From Ancylonema sp. (lineage: Eukaryota): DNA of 64,000 bases. This document shows, in pieces, positions 39,360 through 52,697 of the stretch. Made by a program: the position numbers and the translations under genes. The stretch covers positions 1-64,000 of the forward strand of contig JBFLGF010000004.1 of the NCBI GenBank assembly GCA_050230475.1. The letters are read 5' to 3'. Position 1 is the stretch's first letter. Every line of letters begins with the position of its first letter. A model generated the notes under the pieces. The model saw only the letters and a list, made by a program, of their open reading frames with translations, searched no databases and had not been told where the DNA came from.

Positions 39360-42300
39360 ATGGACAGCCATAGTGTACAACGGCGTGTCCTTGTCAGTTA
39401 TGGTAAGTGACTAGGTAAAGAGGGGGATATTGTAAGCTCTCCACCTCAAAGCAATTCATTCGCACCGCGACTCTGGTTTCGCAACTCGGTTGCATGCGTC
39501 TGCGCCTATCGTCACACGATACGGTTTTGTCACATGGTACGGCTGCAGTATATATGCCTTCACTCTCAGGCCAAAACATCATTGGGCTGCTTCTGAATTC
39601 AACCTGCGCTGGCTTGCAGACGACATTGGTGTGGACCCTGTGAGAACATCGACGCCCATATTCCACCTGAAGCACCCGAAGACAGGCACGTGAATTTGTA
39701 ACATGACGTTCGCTAGCTTCCGGACGTTGAAGTGACGAGAGGGATAGGATGGTGCGGATAGGTAGTTGTAAAAGGCTGGTTTACGGGAGTGCCAACTTCC
39801 GAATACAGAGGCTGGACACTTGTGCATATCTGCAATGCTACTCATTCCGATTTAAGCAACGTTACAGACTTTACCTTGATACTTGACGCAAGAGATTAAT
39901 ATGTCACAGTAGTTTCTTCCGTTTCGTGACGTCTCTCTCCAAAGATCTCCAAGATGCGCTACGCAACTTGCTGCTCTTTAAAGTAGCAGACTGCCACCAT
40001 CATGGCCAGGGGATTAAATATTATCCAATCTCGCACACAGAGATTGTTACTTCTTCCTTCTCGACGCAGTGCGACAATCCAGCATTGCCGGGCTGAACGC
40101 TCGAGCAACCACCGCTCATCTTAAAACTATTCAAAGCTACTCCTTGTGTGTCAAGTTTGTGCTCAGCAGAATTTATGTTCCCCCTGTGCAGGTACCACCG
40201 CCTGCTATTTGCTGAGCAGGACCGAATGCCTGCAGGAGATACACTGGCACAAACCTCCCTTCGCATCATGGTTCATCGGAGAGTCTGTCTGTCAAGGTGA
40301 GATGGTGTCAAAACACAACCAGCTGTAGTAATCGGAAGGGTGATGCTAAAAGGATACACGTGGTTCCACGTGGCAACTTGGCACAGCTCCACATGACATC
40401 AGAATGTACGGCTGGACCTGAACTGACAGCAGGAGATTAGATACCTACAGAACAAATATCTACAGCAGGTTCGGTTTGGTGCGAAATATAAAAGCATCTG
40501 GTATCACCAGCCAGACTATGGAACGGCCAAAGGCGGATAGCATGAATGACAACGACCCGTTTTTTTTCTGATCGATTTCTAGTTTGATACAATCAAACGT
40601 TCAGCATCCATTCAAGTGGTTCTCCCATATCGACCAATTTGAACCGCACCAAATTTGGCTTTAAGGTCAAGGTCTCATTGGCTCCCGTAATGATTATTGT
40701 TTGTCGTTTCTTGTCCAGATGGCAGTCTGTATCTGGCCAGTCCTGTGGATCCTTTGTATCTCATCCTGAATCTGCTCGATAAGGCCAGAATGAAGGTCAG
40801 TCTTTTACCCTATACTCTATATCTACCAATGGTTTGTTTTCTCTCGTTTGTCTGTGCAGCCGTGATCCGTGTGAGCAGACTGCTTAGGGTTCTAGAAGGT
40901 CCTCAACCCGTAACCACAATCTGGGGATCAGAAGATCACTAACGTTCGTGGCACCACCTCCCTCTCACGAGCTCATTAGTGATGTCACCAAAATGATGTC
41001 ACCAAAAGGATGTCAGCACAATCCATCTCGAACGGATGATCATCATCATCTCACTTTCAAAACAAGGAGGTGAAGGCAAGCTGCAGGCTTCTGCTGAGCC
41101 TTGTTCTCTTTCTGTGAATCAGAAAGGAGACGATCTCGGGAAGTTTCGCAGTCTGGATGATATTCTCGACCTGCCGGATTTCCCTGCATATGCTGCACTG
41201 CGGCCAGTGTGGGAGCGACACCTGGCACTCGTTTGTGACATCACAGGTGGCGACCTCCATTCTCTGGCAAGACAAGCCAAGTCACATTCATTGTGTGCGA
41301 CTCGAGTGTGTGTGCCTGTGTTATTTTCAGCCTGCATTGCTCCACTGCCTACTACCATAAGGGTTGAGAGGTTCAAGAGGTTTAAGAGTATGTTTCCACT
41401 CGAGACACCGTTGGTTGAGCATCTCAGGATTGTGGCCACTAGAATCTTCGAAAAGTTGAACTTCGATTTTTTGTCTTCCACATAAGTTAGGATCCGGGGG
41501 GCGGCGGGTGGGTGGGGAAATCATACTCCATCAAAATCAGTTTCTGAAAGCTGTTTATGAATGTACGATATGAGAGAAAGATCGTTACACAGAACTGAGA
41601 GCATATTGTTTCCTGATACTCGAATAACTATGGGGGTGGCAGAAGCAGGTGGTGATACTTTCTACCGCTTGAGTGATCAGCGAACGCTGAGATGGCTCTC
41701 TTGCAAGGTACGGTTATGGCTCCCTGGTTGGAACTGGATTTTTTCGTGAGTACAAAAGAAAATAGAAAAAGGTGTGTGTCTTATCGAGACCCCACAATGA
41801 AGAGAAGGTAGTGTTGAAGGGCTTTCTACGTACCAGTTTCAATCAGACTAAAATTAGTTCAGCTTCTTAGTAAGATTGCACTCGATGTCTGCACACTTGT
41901 CAGATTCCCATACTTTTTAATAAAGATGAAGTTTTTTTTTTTTTTTTTTTGTTTTGTCGCCAACTCACGCTACCACTTTTATGTTCTTTTCACTTTATTT
42001 TTTGAGGCATAGGTGGATCAGACACATGTCGCTTTACAGCAATACGGAGGAAAGGCGATATCTTCACTGTCAGAAGACGACCTGAGTGAGTACATCGCAA
42101 CCGTTGAGGTTGGGAGACACTTAGGATGCGCAATCGGTATACAACGTGCTCAATGCTGCTGACTGGTACTCCTCTGAACTGATGCCTGCACTACAATCAA
42201 ACCCCGCTAAAGTGACCCCCATTATAGTCATAGCCCGCTAACAGGACAGTTGCCTGAGAGTCTCTTTCCCCCCCCCCAATCTTCCCATATAAGCTTAGTT

Positions 42301-44094
42301 TGAAATGACGCAAAACTGTTCAAATACACTCGTGAGATGTCAATATGTAGAGTCTGTAGAGTCTGTAGAGTCTGTAGAGTCTGTACCATAAGTATCGGTC
42401 AAGACCGGTACATATTGTGTAGAACGAAAATTTTGTGCACTTGCATATAAATATCAAATAACTATCTTAGATGTGGTACTGAATTGTAAGATGAATTTTA
42501 TGATTTGAGAATATATTCTGAGTCAGTATGTAGTTTGGATATTAATAATAATGAATATTGGATTTATATTCAGTTATTTTTTAGAATGTTTGTAGGCATT
42601 GGTATGAAAACAACATTTCAATCATTCAGTGATTATCATTCATTCAATATATCTTCAATATATATTCAATATATTCAATACAATCATTGGTAACCACACA
42701 TTTGATAAGTATGTCCACTATCTCGAAATGAAATGTGTACAAACACACTAAGAGGTAAGAGGTAAGAGGCGATTGAAATTGCCACAACATGCTTCACGCA
42801 AAACCGTCGTTGTACAGAACGCAAGGATGTACGGATGTACGTGGTTGTCATTTGTGGGAAGCTTGTGTCGGTGTTTGCTGCATAACAAAACAAGTTGGGT
42901 GAACCGTGCAACGCGAAATTAGTTACGTGTTTCATTTTTGCGCCACCAATTTGACGTGGCATGCCGCAAATCGCTCCACACGTTCAGAGTCGCTACGGTC
43001 CTATGGCCATTCTAAGCAGAAAACACATTCCCCCAACAGAACAACATCCAAGTGAAACTCCTCGAGTACATGTTCCAATACACTATGTTGTGACACCCTC
43101 TAAGAGGAACATAACACCCCTGAGATCTTTGTGTCACTATAACGAGGTTTAAGTGACACAATGTCATTGGTGGTCAGTCATTCGATCCACATAGTGTCAC
43201 CTCTCTTCTTATAACGAAGATGCCTGACTAGTTCGCCACGCACTCATGGATGGTTGTTCAATGCAGAGGCCTATGCGGTTGCACTCCTCCAGGAATACTT
43301 AGACGCTGCCATGTGGCACAAGCGGTTGACAGCGCATCTAGGGTGAGTCCAACCGAATAATGGGAAGGAAATTTAGAGGCTCGACATGGTGACCTGGAGG
43401 CCAGCTAGCGTGAGGGGACAGGCTCAATGCCTCCTCTCAAGATTCGTTCAAATATTTTTGTTATGTGCAATATGTTATATGGGTTTTTGCAAACAAATCT
43501 TTTGGGAAAATAGGTGTGGTCTTGTCCGGATCACGCGCATGCACCAAGGAGCTCGCTATGTGTTGCTACGAGACATGTTTTATGCACACTGCGCAAAGCA
43601 GTCAACTGTCCAGAGGAGTTAGTGACATTGAAAAAAGTGGCCTTGTCATTTGTTTTGTCACTCACTCCTTTCGGGTCATTCTTTTCCACAGAATTGACGA
43701 CAAGGACGGGTCTGCTCACAAGCAGACCTTAGCTGCCGCCCGGGAGCCCTTACCATTACCGCCTTCCCAACCAGTGAGTCATGTTCCGTCACTTGTGATG
43801 AGAGATGGTGGACACCACAAAAATCAGATGCGCTTCTATTAGGATAGATTTTTGAAGTCCCTATCACCATTAGTAGACGTGTTTGGTGCAAGATCTAGGT
43901 TCCACTTCTCGGACCGAAAGTGTTTTGTTGTTTAGCGGGGTAATGGTTACTAGTGCTCTCGGTGTTTTTCTACGCAGGTGCTGAGCTTGACTACGAATTC
44001 CGGAAAGCGCCCTCGAAATGTTGGCAAAGCGGTTAAAGGGCCGCCGAAACCGGGATAGCAGCGGATCACAAGTTTTTTTGCGAGGCAAAGATAG
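39360..44094 (+). CDS. RNASEH2B: Ribonuclease H2 subunit B, with an in-frame TAG at 44056-44058 that is 12 codons before the second TAG
   Basis: Exons 39360-39402, 39620-39685 (GC donor), 40192-40296, 40719-40795, 41123-41246, 41643-41707, 42013-42085, 43267-43342, 43692-43773 and 43978-44058/44094. Motifs: FHLKHPKTG, LQEIHWHK...SWFIGESVCQDGSLYLASPVDPLYLIL...ARMKKGDDLGKFRSLDDIL, FYRLSDQRTLRWLSCKV, YAVALLQEYL, and C-terminal (*)QRITSFF. The first exon is the least certain. Confidence 0.87.
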
Positions 44095-44380
44095 ACCTAG
44101 CTAGTGCACAAGAATAATAGGTAGATGTTGTCCGTTTCTTTTGTAGTGATGGATTAAAGCTTGTGGATCTAGAGTTGTGATGCGTCTAACATGAGTATGT
44201 TAGACATTCGCGTTCCTTGTGCATATTTAACGAGATTCAAAACGGGTACGAAGTAGTGGAATGATTCAAAGAATATCTTATGTCACTTTGACTCACATAT
44301 TTGATTCGGAATTCAAATTGCGCCATCTTCGAAAAACGACCTTACTAGGAGGCACGACATGTTGTATGGCATGTCTTAGC

Positions 44381-45320
44381 CATAGTTGCACGGACCGGCA
44401 AGATTGGTTGTTCGGACCGCGGTCGGGCCGGGTCCGGAGTCGGGACCCGGTCGGATCGGGGATCTTTTAGGGTTTTTGTTTTCCCCGGATTTTTTTGGGG
44501 GGAAATGGACATTTCGGGGATTTGTTGAATTGTACATTTTTCTTACATCTTTGCGCAATGCACAAGCCGAAATGAAACAAACAAAATATATTGTCCCGGA
44601 TTATTTTGTACTCGGTAAACCTTTCTAAATTCCGAAAGGATTATCGAAAGTATCCTACAATAAACCCTTGATATAGTGACACTCGATATAGTGACAATCA
44701 CGATATAGCGACATTTTTTATGCCCTTTTTCTAATCCTATATTAAAACCCACTCGATATTGTGACAATCGATATAGTGACACACGCTATAGTGACCAGAT
44801 TTTCCTAGATTTTTCTATTGAGATGTCACTATAGAGTAAAACCTGTCTAAATTAACGTTGTGAAAATTAATAACCTCCCAAATATTATAGAAAATAAATT
44901 AATAGTATATTAATAACCCGTCTGAATTAATATTTTGTACCTGTCCTGACATTATGACTTCAAAAAGGTTTTTTGAAGCGAGTGGATATTCGAACAAACG
45001 GGTAAAATGCCATATAAATTACCTACCTTCTTCAATAAAAAACTCTCCGCACCTGATTTGGTTGCTCAAAATAATATAAATTCCACTTTCCTTCGATATA
45101 GTGACATTGGCTCAATATCGCCCTATCAAATGTCACTACATAGTGTATAGTGACACCCCTGGCATTCGATATAGTGACATTATTTTCCCCTGTCTATAAA
45201 ATTGTCACTATATCAAGGGTTTACTGTACTACCGCCGGCCCGCGATTTTGGCATAAAAGGACAGACCCCGGTCCGGAGTCGGGACCTCGGACCCCCAGTC
45301 CGCCGTTCCGTGCAACTATG
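44381..45320. mobile_element. Non-autonomous hAT-like element, family B copy 1
   Basis: TIR CATAGTTGCACGG ... CCGTGCAACTATG. 8-bp TSD GTCTTAGC/GTCTTAAC. CGGACC/GGTCCG subterminal repeats. Confidence 0.85.
44658..45226. mobile_element. pogo/Tc1-like MITE inserted in family B copy 1
   Basis: TA|CAATAAACCCTTGATATAGTGACA ... TGTCACTATATCAAGGGTTTACTG|TA, giving a 24-bp TIR with one mismatch and a TA TSD. Internal GATATAGTGAC repeats. Confidence 0.85.
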
Positions 45321-46039
45321 GTCTTAACTAATAAAAGGAGATGGACGCTCAGGTTGTTGCCAATGGTAGTCACATGGGAATTAGCATGAGCATATCCATG
45401 TGTCAACTAGTAAATGTTCATATTGATATTCTCCCCGTCCGCATAATATTGATTTAAACAGGTTTAAATGTATCGAAAAGTGCGCTTTCGCCGAGCTGTC
45501 ATTTTCCACCTATATACCGCGAGCAGGTTGTAACGCTCCCGGCACTCCCGAAGGGACTTTAACCCGGACATATCCATCTATGGTACTACGAAAAATGTCC
45601 CTCCCTTTGGTGGGGTGGTCCGCAACCGCCAGAATCCTGAAGGTTGGCAAATGGCCAACCGCCAACCGCCTCCAACCGCCGTCCAACCGTTCCAGCCGCC
45701 AACCCAACTGCCCAACCGCCCAACCGCCCAACCGCCACCCAACCGCGGTTGGGCAGTTGAGTGAGATGGGAAAAAATCGGCGTTAGATCCAGAGTTGCAC
45801 GGATCGGCAAGATCTGATTTTCGGACCACGGTTGGACAAAGTCCGGAGTCGGGACCCATTCGGACCCGGGATCTTCTAAGGCAGGATTACACAATACGCA
45901 ATACGTTGTCAATACGCTGGGGTCACAATACGCCGTATTTCGCGTATTGATTTTTTTCGCGATTTGAAAATAAGCGTTTTGTCAATAAATATGCGTTTTT
46001 CCAAGGTTTTAGACCCCACACATATCCGGAAGTAGGATG

Positions 46040-46511
46040 TGTAGGAATATTCGGATAGCCATGCCTTATGCTTGCTAGTCCAGTTGTGACCGGTTACTCT
46101 AATCGGGCGCCATATTCCTAGATGTGCTTGTATGCGGGGCCGGGCACGATTATGTCCGGGCACTTGATTTGTTGTCACGCTTGATGTCGAGTAATAGCGG
46201 TTGGCATGCTTGACGTCTCTTGATTGGTTAGATCTAGTCATGTTAGGAGTGTCCGGCATGTGCCGTTGACACATAGATGAGTTGTCACTCTAGGTTAGGC
46301 CGACGGTCAATTGTACCGACCGTCGGCACACAACAATTTGTAAAGCGCATTGGGTATTACCATCCCCGATGCGATCACAATTATTATTCGTTCCCAATAT
46401 AATTCGTTTGTCTCGTTGATCATCAGTGATAGAGATCCTTTTTTTGCGTACAATACGGTTCGTTTGTCGCCCACCAAATCTCCTGCACGTCTAATCGCTC
46501 AAAAGCTTGAA
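46040..46511 (+). repeat. 5' LTR
   Basis: TGTAGGAATATTCGG...CAAAAGCTTGAA, a direct repeat of 51729-52173 with a few indels. Confidence 0.93.
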
Positions 46512-49500
46512 GGTTATGGGCCCACGTGCGGTCTAGTTTAGACGCCGTGTTGGTTAAGAACTACAAGCTCCACGCGATCCGCTGCGAAGATTTTGTGAAC
46601 GGTAAATTGTGTCTGTGAGGGCAAATTTAGCCGTGGTTATTAAGCGCTGCACGTAATTTCGACATTGCGTGGCACGAAAATTGAGCTGTGAGCTGCATTG
46701 CAGGAATGCGAGCTGAAAGCTGCGTGAGAATTATCGTAAATCCTACACAATTGTTGCCATAAGTGTCGGACAAGTCGCAAATTCCGAAATTTACTGGAGC
46801 AGATTATACAGGATGGGCCTTCAAGGTCAAATATGGGTTAGCAGACAAAAAGTTGCATTGTGTGGTCATGGATTGGGACAGCCTGCTGCGGCGGCGTCGT
46901 CCCGAGGTTATTTTGCCATTGACCCCAGATAATGAGCTGCAGTTTACTGCTAGGGGAAATGACGTTGATGTCGAGAGGAGGACTAGGGAGGAGCAGATTT
47001 CCCAGCAGCTACCACAGCTCGAGACATGGGACGAGGAGAATCTGGCTGCCATGGCCTACATCGTCAAGCATTTGGGTCCCTCGGAGCTGACGCACGTCAC
47101 GGACTGCACGACAGATGCCGGGATGTGGGAGGCATTGAAGACATTCTATATGGTGCAGGGAACGATTGAGATCGCTAACACCGAGGCGCTGCTGAGCGCG
47201 ATTATACAGGTGGAGGCTGAAGACCTCAACGTCTACGTGAAGCGGTTGCAGCAGATTCATTAGGACCTGAAGAATCTCGGTGCGCCGGTGACGTCAATGA
47301 AGCAGGCTACCAACTTGCTAAACTCCCTCAACACTCACTACAGCCCCATGGTGTCGACTTTCATGCCGTGGTCGGAGTCATCACCGCATCTTTTCACGAG
47401 TCCGCACATCGTGAGTGCGCTCCTGCGCGACGACGTCCGCAAGGAGCTAAATTAGCGGAAGAGGGGGGCGCTGCCAGGAGGTCACCACGCTAACTATGGT
47501 GGACCTGGAGGGGGTAGCGGAGCTAGAGGAAGCGGCAAACCTGGTGGTGGGGGTGGAGCTGGTCGCAGAGACGCTGGAGGCGTCGAATGCTTCAACTGCC
47601 ACCAATTCGGCCACATCAGGGCAAACTGTCCTTCACCAGCCGTTGGCGGAGGCCATGCCGGAGCTGGAAAATGCCACAAGTGCCACCAAGCAGGCCATAG
47701 GGCTGCACAGTGCCCTGCAGCATCGCTAGCAGCTGCAAATGTCGGACATGCACATCAGGGAGGTCCAGGGGGGAAGATCAAGTGTAGATACTGCAACAAT
47801 GTCGGGCATTCCATTGACAAATGTAGAAAACGTGCATATGATATGGCATTGATGAACCCAAAGGCTGCTCGAAAGGCTGAAGCACAGGCTAGACTTGCTC
47901 GCTTTGCTGACACACTTGTCGATGCCAATGTGGATTATCTTGCTTTCGGTGCTTTCTCATTTGATGTTGCCCGAGCTTTGTCTGCTGGTTCTCACAAAGA
48001 TTCTCTCATCCTGGATTCAGGGGCTACTCACCACATCTTCACCGAGCGTGAACATTTCGTCGAGTACATCCCAACCCTGAGCACGCAAAGAGCCTTCATC
48101 ACCACTGTTGACGGCTCGTCGCACAAGGTGGCAGGCACGGGTTTCGTGCACATCCGAGTCAGGAACGGCAGCTCGTTATTCGTGCAGCCTCTCAACTCGA
48201 TCCACGTCCCTACCTGCCTGCACCCTGGTGTCGACATCATGCCTCTTCTAAAGAGGTGGGCTGAGCTTCTTACAGCTTCCCACGGGTCCTGGATTGAAGA
48301 AGGGGGATGTGAAATGGGCAGATGTAGTTGAACAGCCTAGTGGTCTCACTTTTCTAGCCGCTACCGTCATCATGCCTGAGTCTCACAATACCAGAGCGAA
48401 CTTATCCAAAATCATGATCTGGCATCACAAACTGGGTAATCCTGGTGCTGATGTAATGTCAGACTTTGTCAGACGTGGGGACATCCCTAAGTAAAATTCA
48501 GATGAATTAGCTGAGGTCAAGGGTTGTCAGATTTGGTGTCAGGGGAAGATGCAACAATTGAGTCACGCCAAGGTCAGTGAAGATATAGGGACATGCCCCA
48601 AGATGGGACGCATTCACCTGGATCTGATTGGACCTCTTTGTGTTAGGTCTGCTAATGGAGGTTTCACATATGCACAGATAGGGATTGAGGTGTCCACGTG
48701 TCTGTCATTTGGCACTCTACTGAAAACAAAGGACGAAGCATTGGACCGAGGTCACTCTACAGTTGCTCGAGGTACATTCAAGGTTGCCACTACAGTCTAT
48801 CAGGACAGACACGGGTGGGGAGTATGTGTCTCACGACTGGATGAACTACTGTGGGGGGAAGGGTGATAGCGCGCACGGACGTGCGCTTCTTCGAGGAGGT
48901 GCCGGGGTACCCGAAACTGATGGGGGGGAGAGCTCCCCAGGTTGAGGCCAACGCAGAGAAACACTTCTTCTATCTATTCCCCGACACCGACGATGAGCCC
49001 CCAGCAGCAGTTGTGCCAATAGCAGCAGTTTCCCCAGTCATGCTAGCAGTCCTGCCAACAGTCCTGCCAGCATTGCCAGCACCAGCAGTTCCAGCAGCCC
49101 CAGCGCCAGCAGCCGCCAACAACCCCGCGCACGTACACTTCCAGCCACAAGCTGCTGAGGTCCCCATCGATGCGATTGAAGTGTCTCACAGCCAGTCGGG
49201 GATCAACAATGCAGAAGGTGGAGATGGAGGGGAGGAGGAGGTGCAAGGATGGGGTTTGAACCCAGGAGTGGGGGAGCCAGGCAGCATAGCTGAGCGGGTG
49301 ATGGCCAGGCGGAGGGCCAACTTTGCACAGTATGGGGACATTCTGTGATGCGATGGAGAGGAGTTCGACGACGAGGCTCACGCCAGCTATTCAGCGACCG
49401 AGTGGGAGCCCAGCTGTTTCTTCAGTGGCTTCAACGGTCCTGTGGATCCTGGCTACGCCTCCGTTGCATCGTCCACCAACTCCTCCGAGCCGCTCACCCT

Positions 49501-51728
49501 CAACCATGCCATGAGGAGGCCAGACTGAGACCAGTGGGACAGAGCCATCATCGAAGAGCTTGCTGCCCTGGAGACGTTCAACACCTTCGAGGTGTGTCTT
49601 CTTCCTCTAGGTAAAAAGGTTGTGGGATGTCGCTATGTTTTTAAGGTCAAAATCACACCTAAGGGGGGTATTGAAAGATATAAAGTCAGACTGGTCGCAC
49701 AAGGATTCTTACAGCGAAAAGGGATTGACTATAATGAAGTATTTGCACCAGTTATTGACAGTACATCTATCACCCTATTCTTCGCTATAGCAAACCACTT
49801 TGACTGGGAAGTGGAACAGATGGACGTAATCAGAGCATTCCCGCATGGACGTGTGGAAGAGGAAGTATATATGAAAATACCACCGCGTATGTATATTGAG
49901 GGGGGTGTTGAGGGCAAGGTCTTGCGACTGAAGGGTGCATTGTACGGACTGAAACAGAGTAGCCACGTCTGACAGGAAATGTTTAGGAAATTCATGCTAG
50001 CTGAAGGGTTTAAACAGTGTGTCATGGATACTTGCATCTACATGAGGGGGGAGGGAAACAGCATAATCATACTGGGCATTCATGTTGATGATCAGGTCAT
50101 AACAGGTCCTAACGCCATGGTGGTGAAAACATTTAAGGGGGACATGGGTAAAAAGTTCTAGGTCAAGGATCTGGGTTCCCTAACCCATATCCTGAGGGTG
50201 GAAGTGAAAAGAGACAGACCGAGAAGACTGCTCACACTCGGACAGCCGGGCTTCTTAAGGGGGGTTCTTGAACGGTACGGAATGGGCGAGTGTAATCCAA
50301 CTAAACTCCCACTCGCCCCTGGCACACAGTTTACGCAAGATGATGAACCAAACCTTCCCCCTACCCCTGAAGAAATAACAGATTTTCGAGGAAAAGTGGG
50401 ATCTCTCATTTACGCCATGAAACAAACCAGACTGGACATCGCATATGCACTAGGAGTACTGGCTAAACACATGAGTAACCCTGGGGTCGCACACATAAGG
50501 GCTTTGCATCAACTATTCAAATACTTAAAAGGGACTGTCAACCACGGACTGACGTTTGTGGGAAAAGACAGCTTTGAAGTGAAGGGTTACTGCGATGCAT
50601 CTTGGAACAGCTGCAACATAACAAGAAAGTCAGTCACAGGATGGGTAACCACGGTTGGGGGGACAACACTGAGTTGGAAGTCACAGAAACAGTCCACCGT
50701 TGCACAGAGCACTGCTGAGGGTGAATACATCGCTGCTTGTAGTGTATCTAAGGAATGCGTTATCTAAAGTCACTCCTGAAAGAACTCAAGTTTCCCAACC
50801 AAATCATTGTCCACACTGATTCCACAGCCGCCCTCTCCATGATCCAGAACCCCGTTCAAAGACAAAAAGCAAAACATTTTATCGTCGTGTACCACTGGGT
50901 CAGGGACTGCCACAGCACTGGGAGAATGAGGTGTGTAAAACTTGCAGGGGAAAACCAACCAGCATATATGCTGACAAAAGCTCTCCCACAGATTTTACTG
51001 GACAGACACAGCAAATGTCTAGGTTTTGGACGGTTGTACTGAACTGGGGGTGTCAGTCTTTTTCTTTTATTTTATTCTGGGAGTTTTCGAATGCCATGCA
51101 TGTTGGCAGGGGGTGTGTTTTGTGTTTCTTTCATTCAGAAGTACACTTGAGGAGGTCACAAAAACTTCAGCCCATCCAGCTAAGTCACACTCTTGCCTTA
51201 ACACCTCCTGAAAAACACTTAAGGACAGATCAGAAAGTGCAGATCTGCTCAGGTTTAAAGTTGTCAGTTTGCACTGAATTTTGTAATGTATGTTTCCATA
51301 AATGTTGCAAAACTTTTGTCAAAATTTGGTGCTGATTGAAGTTATGCTATTTTCAAATTTCCAGACTGTAAAGTGTAAAAGTGAAAAGTTGAAAAAGTCA
51401 AAAAGTCATTTTTTTTTTCATGAAAGTTGAAAAAGTGAAAAAGTCAAAAATATTTTTTCTTAAGTTTTTATTTTTCCGCCTAACTTGTGGTATTTGTTTG
51501 TTTGTTCAGGGCTTCGTCCCGAAAAAAGAATAACGTGCGGGAGCGATCGGCTGCAAGACTTCCGATCGGCTGAATTTTTAGATAGGCCCCCCTAGCACGC
51601 TTGTATGCTAGGGAAGACCACACTACTTTATAAGCTATGCAATGGTTACGCCATGATTTAGCCGTAACTAGGGTAGTACCTTGGATGTCCACATATATTC
51701 CAACTTTAGCATGGCATCCGAGGGGGTG

Positions 51729-52173
51729 TGTAGGAATATTCGGACCAGTTGTGACCGGTTACTCTAATCGGGCGCCATATTCCTAGATGTGCTTGTATGC
51801 GGGGCCGGGCACGATTGTGTCCGGGCTTGTCACGCTTGATGTCGACACTTAGAGTCGGAGTAATAGCGGTTGGCATGCTTGACGTCTCTTGATTGGTTAG
51901 ATCTAGTCATGTTAGGAGTGTCCGGCATGTGCCGTTGTGACACATAGATGAGTTGTCACTCTAGGTTAGGCCGACGGTCAATTGTACCGACCGTCGGCAC
52001 ACAACAATTTGTAAAGCGCATTGGGTATTACCATCCCCGATGCGATCACAATTATTATTCGTTCCCAATATAATTCGTTTGTCTCGTTGATCATCAGTGA
52101 TAGAGATCCTTTGCGTACGGTTCGTTTGTCGCCCACCTAATCTCCTGCACGTCTAATCGCTCAAAAGCTTAAA
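51729..52173 (+). repeat. 3' LTR
   Basis: TGTAGGAATATTCGG...CAAAAGCTTAAA, preceded by the PPT and followed by TSD GGATG. Confidence 0.93.
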
Positions 52174-52697
52174 GGATGGCAACATCGGGTTCCTAACCTC
52201 AATCAAAGTCGCCATCAAATACGGAGGCATTTATCCATGAAATACATGATAGGCGCATGTCTTGCCAATAGATGTGCAATTATTTTGTCCATTTTGTTAG
52301 TACGAGAATGGAGCTTTCATTGATAGAACCACTCTTCTCATCTTCTCCTCTCTTTTTTTGATTTCACTTGCACACGTCATCAATCTAAGAAGGTCGTTGC
52401 GAAGTAGCGTTTACGTTTCCGTTTCCGTTTTACAACTAGTTCCAAACACGGCTCGAACGGAGCTTCCATTTTTACTTGTATCAGGTAATAACAACAATGG
52501 AATGATATAATGAACAACAAATGCAATACTTTAGTCTAAAACACAATAATTTACAATAATAATTACATGAATCCTCCTCCCACTTCTATTAATAATTTTA
52601 CCACTCCTACTCTTACCTTAAACTTGGACGGTCGGAAGAGGTTAATTAGCGAAAATGTAGATGATTTTCATTTTGCGATGTAGTATCGGAGTATCGG

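Larger units (their letters stand above)
46040..52173 (+). mobile_element. Full-length but decayed Ty1/copia LTR retrotransposon
   Basis: 5' LTR 46040-46511, 3' LTR 51729-52173, 5-bp TSD GGATG (46035-46039 and 52174-52178), PBS GGTTATGGGCCC at 46512, PPT GAGGGGGTG at 51720. Domains: gag (KFTGADYTGWAFK; three CCHC knuckles), protease LILDSGATHH, WHHKLGN pre-integrase, partial integrase IHLDLIGP, RT (YKVRLVAQGF, LKGALYGLKQS, HVDD) and RNase H (GYCDASW, STAEGEY, HTDS). Integrase precedes RT, the copia order. Multiple stops and frameshifts. Confidence 0.96.

Noticed and set aside
44056..44058. Genome-wide reassignment of TAG/TAA to Gln as the explanation for the RNASEH2B stop
   Set aside because: No other in-frame TAA or TAG occurs in roughly 3,000 modelled codons of the host genes. 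The two GT2 paralogues end at the same aligned position with TAG and TAA.
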